64,000 nt of DNA from Heteronotia binoei (lineage: Eukaryota). Numbering within the stretch: the first letter of the stretch is position 1; each line of letters starts with the position of its first letter. The notes beneath the pieces are model-generated. The model had not been told where the DNA came from, ran no database searches, and saw only the letters and a program-made list of their open reading frames with translations. Location of the stretch: positions 87,544,001 through 87,608,000 of the forward strand of contig NC_083230.1 of assembly GCF_032191835.1 (NCBI RefSeq), given 5' to 3'. Positions 51,226-61,915 of the stretch are shown here, piece by piece. Position numbers and translations under genes: made by a program.

Positions 51226-52604
51226 ATCAGATCTCAAAATAATCAGCTGTTGATTTTGAAACAAAGTATTGGTTTATTGATAATCCATTGTTCTCAGGTA
51301 GGCACCAGATTGGAAGTGATACAGTGTAACTCTAGAATACTAGCTTTAAGTGGGCGCATCAAAGATAGTTTAGGAATTCCTACTCAGGCATGTGAAATTC
51401 ACACGCTTGCTACTTTATCTATTCTTGAGGTTTAGCAACATCCTGGGTCCAGGTCTGCGCCTGGGAAAGCGTCTCAGGAGGCAACATCTTCAAAGAGGAC
51501 ATTCCTGCATTTGCTACTAGTGAGAACTAAGGAAGAAGTAACATGGCTTTGATGTGCAACACATTAGAATCACAGTTAACAATACAGGCATACTAATAAA
51601 GAAACAAAATGCTTGACAATGACAGCACTTTCTACCCCCAGCCAGACCAGTTTCTATGGAGCAGAGAGCATAAAAGCTGGGCTGATAAGAGCATAGAACA
51701 GAACTGAAAGAAACAAAGTAGATACAGCAGATCACAGTGAATTTGGTGAGGAAGGGGGCACCACATGGTCAATGAAAGGGAACCAGTCTAATGAAGCCAA
51801 CCAACTGAAAGCAATACTTCCCCCCCCCAAGGCATGGCAATTCAATATTCATTCATTTCATGACCAGCACTGGCCAGAACTGAATATGGAAATATGAAAC
51901 TGCTTTGCCCAGATGCAATTCTTCATCAATTTTTTGTTGCAACTTTTAATCACTGTTTCACATGTGCTGTGGCAAACCAGATGGGCAATGCAGCAAATCT
52001 TAGATCGGGAGTGGCTGTTAGCTCAATACTGAGAGCCAAGTACTCTGTTTGCATCCTAAGCTTGGACTTAGAAGCTTCTGTGGAATCTGGCCCAGAAAGA
52101 ACGTGAAACAATATTACAAATGCATTACAGATGCCATTGAGTGTGGCAGATGCTAATCAGTCATTCCTGGAAGGTATTCCAAAGCAATGACAGGACGGAA
52201 TAGGAAAAATAAAAAAGAGTAAATGATTCACATTGACTTGTTTCCAAAATTAGTTTAGCCACCTACAAAATCAATTCTGTTTTCTCCCATCATTTTACCC
52301 TGCAGTACTCTAATTGAAAAATCTTAAGTTTGACATTTCAAAATGGCTTTTGCATTATTCTCTTGATTATTTTTTTAAGCCCGCTGAAATCCTGTATTTG
52401 GCCAGCTCAAGGCTGCTCTGCGGTGCAGTGGCTGTAAACTGACATAATGTTGCTGCTTCGGAGGGTGGGGTGTCAGAGTCACTTTGGGATATGTAAGATT
52501 AGGCTCCAAGAAAACTCTGTAGCTGCTGTAACCTTTTCTCACTTCATGCTGCAGGAACAATTCTTCCACTTTAAGCATCCCAGATCTTAATTTTGTTATG
52601 AACT

Positions 52605-52810
52605 TATGAAGCTGCCTTATACTGAATCAGACCCTTGGTCCATCAAAGTCAGTATTGTCTACTCAGACTGGCAGCGGCTCTCCAGGGTCCCAAGCTGAGG
52701 ATTTTCACACCGATTTGCCTGGACCCTTCTTTTTGGAGATGCCAGAGATTGAACCTGGGACCTTCTGCTTACCAAGCAGATGCTCTGCCACTGAGCCACC
52801 GTCCCTCCCC
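52605..52810 (-). mobile_element. tRNA-derived SINE with CR1-like 3' tail
   Basis: Minus-strand head ggtggctcagtggcagagcatctgcttggtaagcagaaggtcccaggttcaatc; tail ends ..gtataaggcagcttcataagttcata. Confidence 0.75.
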
Positions 52811-52889
52811 TATCTTTTTTCTGGAAGAGCAGGGCCCAACCATGGGGGAAATGGGTTCATGTTACCTGGTCAGCCAAGAGGTTCCAGTC

Positions 52890-53085
52890 TAGACTAAACA
52901 TATGTAAATATGGTCAAATTGCAATTGACTTACGGTGACCTCAGCAAAGAAGTTTCAAGGCAAATGAAAAGAAGAGTTGGTTCACCATTGCCTTCCTTTG
53001 GAGAATCAACCTTGCTGGTTTCCCATCCAAGGCCTAACCTGTTCATCTTCCAAAATCTGATGAGATCAGGTTGTACCATGCCACC
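52890..53085 (-). mobile_element. 5S-derived SINE (diverged)
   Basis: Reverse complement of 5S head (tttcccatccaagg..ttccaaaatctgatgagatcagg) and tail. Confidence 0.65.
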
Positions 53086-53418
53086 TTCCCTCCTGCTCAG
53101 GCTACAAGGTCAGTGCTATTCAGAATAAAATAAAAATGGTTATTTTATGACATAGAGTTGAAGGGGCTTTTCCCCATGATTTCTTTGTAGCCCCTTTGCA
53201 ATCCCTGCTGAGTCCTGTTCTTCCAATAGCCCCATCTTCATCTCCATTTTCTTTTGCCCATCTGCCAGGTAGTGGTAGGGCTGGGGCAGCTCAATCACCT
53301 AACTGTGCAGCCTGTCTTACTGGCAGTCCAAAGGTCAGGGCATGGTCTCAGGAAGCCTTTCTGCCATCCTGTTATGAAGAATTATGGATCTTCTTCGTGG
53401 TCTCTGTGCATCACACTG

Positions 53419-56031
53419 ATGGGATATAGGCGCCCGCGCCGATCTCGATCGGTATTCTTGAAAGCTGCGGATTTCCGCGCCCCAGGCCCAGTGCGCATGC
53501 GCAGAAGCCCCACCGCGCATGCTCACAGGGACCGGAGCGGACATCCCGCCAGTTCTCTTCTGACCGCCGCTTGGATCAGTCGATCTCTCGCCACGGTCGG
53601 TAGAAATCCTTTCTTGGAAGCACTACCAATACAAAGCTTTGCCCTTTGGCCTCTCCACGGCTCCGTGAGTTTTTACAAAGACTATGGTGGTGGTGGCGGC
53701 CCATCTACGTCTACAAGGGATCACTATCTTTCCCTACATAGACGATTGGCTACTGGTGGCAAGTTCAAAACCTCTACTACTACAGCATATAGAAGTCACC
53801 TTAACCCTTCTACGAAACTTAGGCCTGCAGGTCAACCTAAAGAAATCGGCACTGCAGCCCTTTCAGAGGGTACAATTCATAGGGGCCATTTTGGACTCAT
53901 GAGCCTGCAAGGCATTCCTCCCGACACAAAGAACGGAGGACATCAGGTCTCTGATACATGTATTCCTAACCAACCCTACAGTCACAGCGTTCCAAGTCCA
54001 ACGCCTCCTGGGCCTAATGGCAGCGACCACGGCAGTGTTGAAATTCTCCAGATTCCACATGCGAATACTACAGTTGTGGTTCCTGCGCGTGTTCAACTGT
54101 CAGACAGACCTCCCCTCGCGCCAACTGACTGTCCCGACGTCGGTAGTCTGGACCCTATCCTGGTGGCAAGAGAAGCAGAACCTCCTCCAAGGAGCCCCGT
54201 TCCACAGGCAGACTCCTACGTTGACCATAACGACGGATGCATCCTTATGGGGCTGGGGAGCACATGCAAACGACATGTGTGTGGGGGGCAGATGGCCTCA
54301 GGATCTTCTGCACTACCACATCAATTTCCTAGAGCTGCTGGTCCTACATCATGCCATTCTCTCATTCAGACACCTGATTGTGGGGAGAACGGTAGCGATC
54401 TTGACAGACAACACTACAGCCCTATCTTATGTAAACAAACAGGGTGGCACAGTCTCAAGGAAGTTATGCCTTCTAGCGTTAAAGATTTGGGAGATTTGCA
54501 GAGAATTGGACACTACCCTAGTAGCCACACACCTACCGGGCAATCTGAATGCCTGTGCAGATTACCTCAGTCGAGGAGGGGCCTCACTCCACGAGTGGGA
54601 ACTCAATTGGGAGTTCCTCCAACCGGTATTCCAGAAGTGGGGCACACCGGAAGTGGATGTCTTCGCCACATGCAACACCTCAAAATGCGACAAATTTTGC
54701 TGCAGAGGGGGTGCAGACCCTCTATCGTTGGGAGATGGGTTACTGATCCCATGGACTCGCTTGCACGTGTACCTCTTTCCACCGATTCCACTAATCAGGA
54801 GAGTGGTTCACAAGATTCAACTCGAACGCCCCAAGGGGATTCTCATCACACCATGGTGGCCCAGACAACAGTGGTTCTCCCCGATACTGAAGCTGTCTCG
54901 CGGAATGTTCCACCACTTTCCGACGAACTCAGACCTTCTACTATCACACGAGGGACGAGTGATTCACCACGATGTGCCTCACTTGAAACTCACGGCATGG
55001 AGACTGGTGTGACGAGATTATCTGATAGAGCCCTGGATGTTATGCTAAACAGTAGAAAATCATCCACTAGAAAATCATATGGATATAAATGGACAAGGTT
55101 TATCCAATTCATGAACAAAACTAACAGGGAACCGAAGACAGCAGGCCTCCCACTAATACTAGACTTTCTACTCTCACTCCTTGACAAGGGACTAACGGTG
55201 TCATCTGTGAGAGTGTACTTAGCGGCCATATCGGCTAACCATGAGCAACTTGAAGGCCACTCGGTGTTCTCACACCCTGATACTAAACGGTTCTTAAAGG
55301 GCTTGGCAAGATTGTACCCTGCGGTACGAGTCCCAGCCCCCGCTTGGGACCTCCCAGCAGTATTGCGGGCGTTAACAGGAAAACCCTTCGAACCCATGGC
55401 GACATGTTCCTTGCAATTACTATCCTGGAAAACAGCCTTCTTAGTGGCCGTTACCTCTGCTCGCAGGGTCGGTGAACTGGCAGCGCTGCGCTGCGACGAC
55501 CCATATTTGAGATTCAGTGCGGAAGGAGTGGGGTTGCGTCCTGATGTAACCTTTCTTCTGAAAGTAACATCCGCTTTTCACCTGAATGCAGAAATTTACC
55601 TACCCACATACTTTCCTAATCCAAGTACGGACTCGGAAAGGAGACTACATACACTAGATGTAAAGAGGGCACTCTCATTTTACTTACATAGAGTAAGACC
55701 TGGACGTAGGGACCCTAGACCCTTTGTCTCATATTCCACAACGTCGCAAGGTGTAAGAGTTTCGTCACAGCGGATCTCGAAGTGGATAACTGAGACTATA
55801 AAACTGTGCTACTTGTTGAACAAGCAACCCCTGCCAAGACAGGTTAGAGCTCATTCCACTAGAGCCCTAGCGACTTCGGCAGCCTTTATGAGAGGAATAC
55901 CACTGAAAGACATTTGTGATGCTGCCACTTGGTCCTCCTCGCATACGTTTGTGAGCCATTATGCGTTGGACCTGAACTGGCGTAGACGCTCATCAGTGGG
56001 CCGTGCGGTGCTTCAAGAGGTTTCTCGCTGA
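53419..56031 (+). CDS. Uninterrupted 870-codon frame overlapping pol and ending in an intact-looking tyrosine recombinase (domain about 55040-56031)
   Basis: Part of ORF 53254-56031; first ATG inside the element at 53419. YR motifs TSARRVGEL, HTLDVKRAL, RAHSTR, AATW, FVSHY. Confidence 0.7.
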   Translation: MGYRRPRRSRSVFLKAADFRAPGPVRMRRSPTAHAHRDRSGHPASSLLTAAWISRSLATVGRNPFLEALPIQSFALWPLHGSVSFYKDYGGGGGPSTSTRDHYLSLHRRLATGGKFKTSTTTAYRSHLNPSTKLRPAGQPKEIGTAALSEGTIHRGHFGLMSLQGIPPDTKNGGHQVSDTCIPNQPYSHSVPSPTPPGPNGSDHGSVEILQIPHANTTVVVPARVQLSDRPPLAPTDCPDVGSLDPILVAREAEPPPRSPVPQADSYVDHNDGCILMGLGSTCKRHVCGGQMASGSSALPHQFPRAAGPTSCHSLIQTPDCGENGSDLDRQHYSPILCKQTGWHSLKEVMPSSVKDLGDLQRIGHYPSSHTPTGQSECLCRLPQSRRGLTPRVGTQLGVPPTGIPEVGHTGSGCLRHMQHLKMRQILLQRGCRPSIVGRWVTDPMDSLARVPLSTDSTNQESGSQDSTRTPQGDSHHTMVAQTTVVLPDTEAVSRNVPPLSDELRPSTITRGTSDSPRCASLETHGMETGVTRLSDRALDVMLNSRKSSTRKSYGYKWTRFIQFMNKTNREPKTAGLPLILDFLLSLLDKGLTVSSVRVYLAAISANHEQLEGHSVFSHPDTKRFLKGLARLYPAVRVPAPAWDLPAVLRALTGKPFEPMATCSLQLLSWKTAFLVAVTSARRVGELAALRCDDPYLRFSAEGVGLRPDVTFLLKVTSAFHLNAEIYLPTYFPNPSTDSERRLHTLDVKRALSFYLHRVRPGRRDPRPFVSYSTTSQGVRVSSQRISKWITETIKLCYLLNKQPLPRQVRAHSTRALATSAAFMRGIPLKDICDAATWSSSHTFVSHYALDLNWRRRSSVGRAVLQEVSR
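53618..55012 (+). pseudogene. DIRS pol: C-terminal half of RT, RNase H and DAM-methylase-like (MT) domain; two in-frame TGA stops
   Basis: HYQYKALPFGLSTAP*VFTK, PYIDDWL, GAILDS*, TTDASLWGWGA, HINFLELL, TDNTTA, NACADYLSR, DVFAT, YLFPP. Confidence 0.92.
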
Positions 56032-56079
56032 TGGACCGTTGCACCCTCCTCCAGGTAGGACTCTGGCTTGCTAATCTCC

Positions 56080-56172
56080 CATCAGTGTGATGCACAGAGA
56101 CCACGAAGAAGATAAACAGGTTTCCTACCTGTAACTGATGATCTTCGAGTGGTCATCTGTGCAGTCACACTA
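56080..56172 (+). other. DIRS internal complementary region (ICR)
   Basis: 56080-56112 is the reverse complement of 53389-53421. 56115-56172 is the reverse complement of 56371-56428. Confidence 0.95.
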
Positions 56173-57115
56173 CCCGCCCTCCTTCCCCTCCGCTGCCGGT
56201 CCATCTCTAAGGGCTTACGCAGCGGTCAGAAGGAACTGGCGGGATGTCCGCTCCAGTCCCTGTGAGCATGCGCGGTGGGGCTTCTGCGCATGCGCACTGG
56301 GCCTGGGGCGCGGAAATCCGCAGCTTTCAAGAATACCGATCGAGATCGGCGCGGGCGCCTATATCCCATCAGTGTGACTGCACAGATGACCACTCGAAGA
56401 TCATCAGTTACAGGTAGGAAACCTGTTTCTATGAATGACTTGGGCAGGAATCCAAGGCAGCCTTATTTGGGATTAAGTCCCATTGAGCTCAGTGTCCACT
56501 TCAGAGTTATCATAGGATTGGGCTGCTGGAAGCTTTATACCTCTTGCTTGGTATAAAGTAAATGTTTCACATGGTGCAATAAGGGGTAGGAAGGCATTGA
56601 TTTACATCCCTTTACCCTAAAAGTTCTGTTTTTGTAAAAACAAAACAAAACATCACTTTGCTGCTTTACACATGAACAGTTGTAATTCTGCATAATTGTC
56701 CTCCTGGATGGGGGCTGCTTTTGAGGTCAGCTCCTTCTCTAGGGTTGCTGACTCTGGCTTGAAAAATTCCTGGAGATTTGGAGGTGGAGCTTGGGGAATT
56801 TGGAGTTTGGTAAGGTTGTCAGTAAGGATGGACATGAACTGGGGGAAATGGTGGTTTGATTCATTTTGCAGTTTATTTGATTTCTGACCTGTTTAATGGT
56901 TCCTTTGGTTTGGAAGGTGTTGAACAGGCTCTCCTCCACTCACCCTCCAAATTTGGTGAAGATTGGATTTGAAATATCCTTATGAGCCCCCCAAAGCAGG
57001 AACCCCAGAAAAGCAGTTTCAGCTCTTCATAAAGGTCTGCAAGTTATCGACCCCACAAATCCGTGCTCATGTGATTATGGTTAGGATTTATTAAGTCAGA
57101 CACAAGAGTTAACCT

Positions 57116-57309
57116 ATAGAGTATCTTTGTTTGCCCTTGCACCTAAGAAGTTAAAAGCAAGAGTAATATCAAATGCTATAACTTCTTGAGGTTGGCCTTT
57201 CTGGGGAACTTTTAAGGTGTTAATTGGAAACTTTGTTGTTTGAGTTCTGTTTTGTTTTGTAACGACCAATGGCTATATACATAATAAATCTTTGACTGAC
57301 TGACTGACT
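57116..57309 (+). mobile_element. 5'-truncated non-LTR retroelement 3'UTR with (TGAC)n tail
   Basis: 17-bp direct repeat GACACAAGAGTTAACCT at 57099-57115 and 57310-57326; AATAAA followed by (TGAC)n. Confidence 0.8.
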
Positions 57310-57378
57310 GACACAAGAGTTAACCTTCTACTAGAAAGCCATTGCCAGGAATGACCCGATAGACAAAGGGGTTACAAT

Positions 57379-57561
57379 CAATGCTCCCTCTAAGCTGTGG
57401 AGTCTTGTGAGCAAAAAATCTATTTTGTGAGCTACTGGCATTAAAGTTGTAAATTAGTTTGCTCTAGGGCCATTTTTCCTGAGCTGAGATTAAAACGAGT
57501 GAGCTAGAGGCTAAAAAATTGTGAGCTAGTTCACACTAACTCTTGCTTAGTGGGAACACTG
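57379..57561. mobile_element. hAT MITE, CAATGTTCCCTCTAAG family
   Basis: Perfect TSD GTTACAAT at 57371-57378 and 57562-57569. Confidence 0.92.
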
Positions 57562-58334
57562 GTTACAATTATACACAGCAAAAAGTGCAGGGTAACATTA
57601 TCCCCACTCCCTGGGTCTGATGGTTCCCATAGAGGTTGGTAGTTCAAGGTGTAAGGTATCTTCCGAGGCTTCCCACCTCCAATGTTGCAATTCCATTCCC
57701 AGGCCAAACAGGCCTGTTAACATAACAACTAGATGAGCAAGCTCATTACAACAATGATATGTATATAACAAGGCCTCTGTCCTCCATCACCTACCTGCAC
57801 CCACTTAACAAGTTATAGTTACATGCAAGCACCAGAGAAACAAAACTTAACATAGTTCAGAAAAAAGAAAGCATGGCAGGCTCAACCTGACACTCTCACT
57901 GACAACTCTTCATCCTACAGCTCCCAATCAAACTATGGACAACTGCTACCGGTATTTCTAGGGCTCCTGGAAGTCCCCCAGTGTTGCCTAGCAATTGATT
58001 GAATCAGCTCCAGTCTGCCTGGGAAAATGAACTGCAAAGATGAAACAAATGAAGCACCATGGACAGAAGCAGTTCAAAACAATCCACAAAATGGCCTGAT
58101 ACATGCACGAATTATGATTCCTGGTTTGGTTCATGCCCATGCCTGGTTGCCAGCCTCCCTTAATTTACAATTGATCTCCAGACAACCAAAATCAGTTCCC
58201 CTGGAGAAAATGGCTGCTTTAGAGGGTAGACTCCATGGCATTATACCCTGCTGAGATCTCTAGCCAAACCCCGCTGTCCCCAGACTCCCCCCCCCCCCCA
58301 ATCTCTGAATGTTTCCCAACTCAGAGCTGGCAAC

Positions 58335-58527
58335 CAGTGTTCCCTCTAAGCTGAGTTAGTGTGACCTAGCTCACAGTTTTTAGCCTCCAGCTCACACATT
58401 TTTTACTTAGCGCAGGAAAAATGTCCCTAGAGCAAACCAATTTATGCAGTAGCGGACAACTTTAATGCCAGTAGTTCAAGAAGTAGAATTTTTGCTCACA
58501 AGACTCCACAGCTTAGAGGGAGTATTG
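58335..58527. mobile_element. hAT MITE, same family, inserted into the TIR of a TAGGGTTGCCA MITE
   Basis: Perfect TSD CTGGCAAC at 58327-58334 and 58528-58535. Confidence 0.92.
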
Positions 58528-59563
58528 CTGGCAACCCAAAAGTTTGTGGAGGTGGGGAGCTTGGTAGGAATGTGATGCCATAGAGTCCGCTATATGAAGC
58601 TGCTATTTTCACCAAGGGGAATGACTGCTGTTGTTTGGAGATTAGTAGTGATTCTGGAAGAGCTCTAGGCCCCACCTTGTTGTTAGTGACTGTATATCAT
58701 CTTACCCTGCCTATGTTTGCATGCATGCACATTTGTTTTTCTGTTGGAAAATTGACATCAGTATCTGTCATTCTGCAAAGCAGGCAGGGTGCCTGCCTTT
58801 CACTTAGGGAGCATGGGATGGTGGTGGTGGAGCGTAACAAGACTTGCCTCTGTCTCTTTTGCTGCTTTCCTAAACAACATGGCAATTCTTCTCACTTCAC
58901 AGTAAATACAAACAAAGACTTTGTTCCCCTCCGCCCAAACACACTCCCCCTGCTAACCTTTGAGCTTTCCACCACTGTCTGCAAGCAAGGTTTTTGCCCA
59001 ACTAGACCATCAGGCTTCTGACCAGTACCTGGAGTGGTTCAGGCAGCACATCTAGGTATACAGAACCAAGCCAGCAAGCTAGCAATGTGATTGGAGGAAA
59101 TACTTTGGACAGGAATACCAATCGAGGATGAGCTTGTATATTGCGAACAAGGGTCAGTGCTCTGATTGGACAGCTGGTTTGAATCTTCTGGATCTCTCCT
59201 TTCATTCCCTTCCATATCTCTTGCTCTCTGATTGAATCAAAAACTTTGAAGGGAGCACTGAGAAATGGAAACTGGTAACAGTGTGACAATGCCAGAAAAA
59301 AACAGCTTGATCTAGCTTGGTTGTTTGGCTGAGAAAGATGGCAGACATTTTTATTTGTGTTAATTACTCCCCCAAGTTTAACCAGGAGAGTGTGCTCGGC
59401 AGAGATTTTGCTTTGTTATTATTAGCATGCATCTCTCTAGTCAAAAGACTCTGAAACTCAGTAGGCCAGTTTGTGACAATTTCCTATCAAAACTTCAAGG
59501 TAGCATTATCACTAATTACTGCCTTGGTGAATGATCACTGCACTTATCTTGTATACATTTGAG

Positions 59564-59865
59564 TAGGGTTGCCAGGTCCTACCTGGCTGCTGACGGGGAT
59601 CTTGGGTCCTTTCCTGGAAGTGACATCATCACATCACTGACATTGGGGGGATGATGCTCTAGTTTTTGGGCAAAACTCTATGGTTTGTAGTTAATTTTAT
59701 CATAGAATTTTGCTAAAAAACTAAAGCATCACGTCATCTCTTCTGGGTGACATCATTGCATTGCCTTTCAGGCCAGTTGGGGGCAGGATTTACCCCCACT
59801 GGCCAGCTGGCCAGCAGTGCATAAGTGGGGGTTCCCCAGGCCCTGATGGGGGTCTGGCAACCCTG
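59564..59865. mobile_element. hAT MITE with TAGGGTTGCCAGG termini
   Basis: TSD CATTTGAG / TGTTTGAG (6/8). Confidence 0.8.
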
Positions 59866-61224
59866 TGTTTGAGCTTTGCACTGAAATGTCACAGGTGGTA
59901 CTTCTTGCATTTTCTGCTTTGGCCTTAATCTCAAACATTAAACCATTATGGCCCTTCCTGACAGCCATCAGGAACACATTCTCACCTTTTGTTTTAGACT
60001 AGGAATCTATTCAGAATACTCAGGAAAGCCCATCAATGATAGCTAACTTGATCATATTCCAGGAGGAGGATCCCACCCCTCAAAATACTATATAACCTGA
60101 GAGCAAATCTGTGTGCACCAGGATAGGTTGCACCCCTGTTATTCTAAGTAATGGGCCTCTTTAACATGTCATGGTAATATCACCTCTGTAACAATCCCTG
60201 AGAGTCTCTATTCCTCACTCCTATTTTCCTAACTTCTTGATTGTGTGTATTTTGGTTGCTTACATGTGATTGTATTCCTACATATTTTTCTTAGTAAACA
60301 TCTTAAATCTGGAGTCTTCTTTCCAATACTGGACCTCTGCATTATTTGTGAGAGAACAGTGCTCCAAAATAGCTCAACCTTTGGTCTGCCTCTGCTAATT
60401 CCCCCCAAAAGAGGAGACCCCAGCAATTCCAGTAATAGCTGTCTTCCCAATGGAGAGGTCAGCATGCTCCCACAGACTCAGCATCCAAGGAAAAAAGATC
60501 TCCTTCTTGCTGCAAGGAGGTTTTTTAAAAAATTATATCTGTTTCTGCACACACTAACCAGGTCATGCCAGGTCAAAGAGGCTTTTCTTGGAGATCTCCA
60601 GGAATCTCTTTCCTGAAAACTCTCTAGTATTATATTCCTCCAAATCTCTGTTCCCTGCTTGGGGAAAGGGGGAGATCTTGACCCACTCAGTATTTCTCCT
60701 GCTAGATCCATTATCATTTGTATGAAAGTGGGCTGAGGTACTTTTGGAAAGCAATTGTGCTTACTTCTCCTGCTGCCGGTTCTCTGCCCAGAGGGGAAAA
60801 AAACTTTTAAAATGCAAAGTGGAAGTTTTTCTCATTTCAGACCTTCTGGGCAAAATGTATATCTTCACATCTCTCCCTCCCAAGATTCCAGTGGAACAGC
60901 ATCCTTTAACAGAAGATTGCTCTTCAGTGCATTCAAACAAATCAGTTATAAGAAACATACATGATAACATAGTAAAGTTTGTTCTCATAGTAAAGACACT
61001 ACATGCAAGTCATCCAGCACATAACCACACATAGGAATTACCGGTAGTTCTTTTAAGGAGTTCATGTGGTTCCTGGAAAGGAAATCTGCAACCATGTAGT
61101 TGCATCAGCTATGTACCAACCTTTTATGTTAAACTCCTCTGTATTCCAAGACCACCTCTGAAGTTTGGTGTTTGGATTCTTTATAGTTTGCAGTCATTGT
61201 AGGGAAATGTGGTTAGTTAAGAGG

Positions 61225-61459
61225 GTAAGCATATGGAGCAGAGATCCATCAGTGACTATTAACCACAGTTTATTGTTGGAACTCTGTCTGGGGCAGTGAT
61301 GCTCTGTATTCTTGGTGCTTGGGGGTGCACAGTGGGAGGACTTCTAGCCCCACTGGTGGACTTCCTGATGGCACTTAGTTCTTTTGGCCACTGTGTGACA
61401 CAGAGTGTTGAACTGGATTGGCCATTGGCCTGATCCAACATGTCCTCTCTTATGTTCTT
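61225..61459 (+). mobile_element. CR1 3'UTR fragment
   Basis: atggagcagagatccatcagtg ... gccattggcctgatccaacatg..ttatgttctt, paralogous to 35214-35432. Confidence 0.85.
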
Positions 61460-61489
61460 AGCTCTTGTCCCCACAGATAAGGTCTAAGT

Positions 61490-61915
61490 TGGTCCTGTTT
61501 CCACACTATTGCCAAACCCCAAAAAGCCCCAACCTGCCTCTTGAACTTTAGGGATTCCCAATTCTGCATTGCCTCTGCCTTGTCCCTCATTGGTGAGATG
61601 TTCCCTCTACCTGCTCTGTATCTCAAGAGGACCACATCAGACCTTCCAAACAGCCATTTTTCCAGCTTGTTGCTGAGACTTGTCCCTTGGATGACACCTA
61701 GCACCCTTGCTAAATGCTTCAAGTGCAAACCCAAGTCCTTGCAAAAAGCTGTGATGCAATCACTGTAAGCCTCTGTGAATTCTGACCTGCTACTCCACAA
61801 ATTATTTGCTAGCTTCTGAAACAATGCATCTACATTCCTATGTCCAAAATACCGCACAGTAACCTCATGACAGCCATCAGGAGTGATGAAGGCAGATATA
61901 GCTCAGGCTTCTTCC
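61490..61915 (-). pseudogene. Degenerate Ty3/Gypsy reverse transcriptase fragment
   Basis: AFITPDG..YFGHRN..FQKL..AYSDCI..HLKHLARVL..EKWLFG..ISP..KAEAMQNW..KRQVGAFWGLA corresponds to Gypsy PFGLxN, YxDD, KCxFG and LGLAGYY motifs. Confidence 0.8.

Larger units (their letters stand above)
53388..56430 (+). mobile_element. DIRS1-type tyrosine-recombinase retrotransposon, gag-less internally deleted copy (about 3.04 kb)
   Basis: Inverted terminal repeats (about 53410-53570 vs 56222-56380, roughly 3 differences). ICR at 56080-56172 is complementary to both termini. RT, RNaseH, MT-like and YR coding blocks present. Confidence 0.96.

Noticed and set aside
52740-52810. tRNA gene
   Set aside because: tRNA-like head is continuous with a SINE body and CR1-like tail.
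53254-53418. N-terminal part of the 925-aa ORF as a host-DIRS fusion protein
   Set aside because: It starts outside the element in flanking DNA with no promoter or exon evidence; more likely chance read-through.
60229-60754. Overlapping 60-120 aa ORFs, possibly old LINE ORF2
   Set aside because: No diagnostic motif could be matched with confidence.
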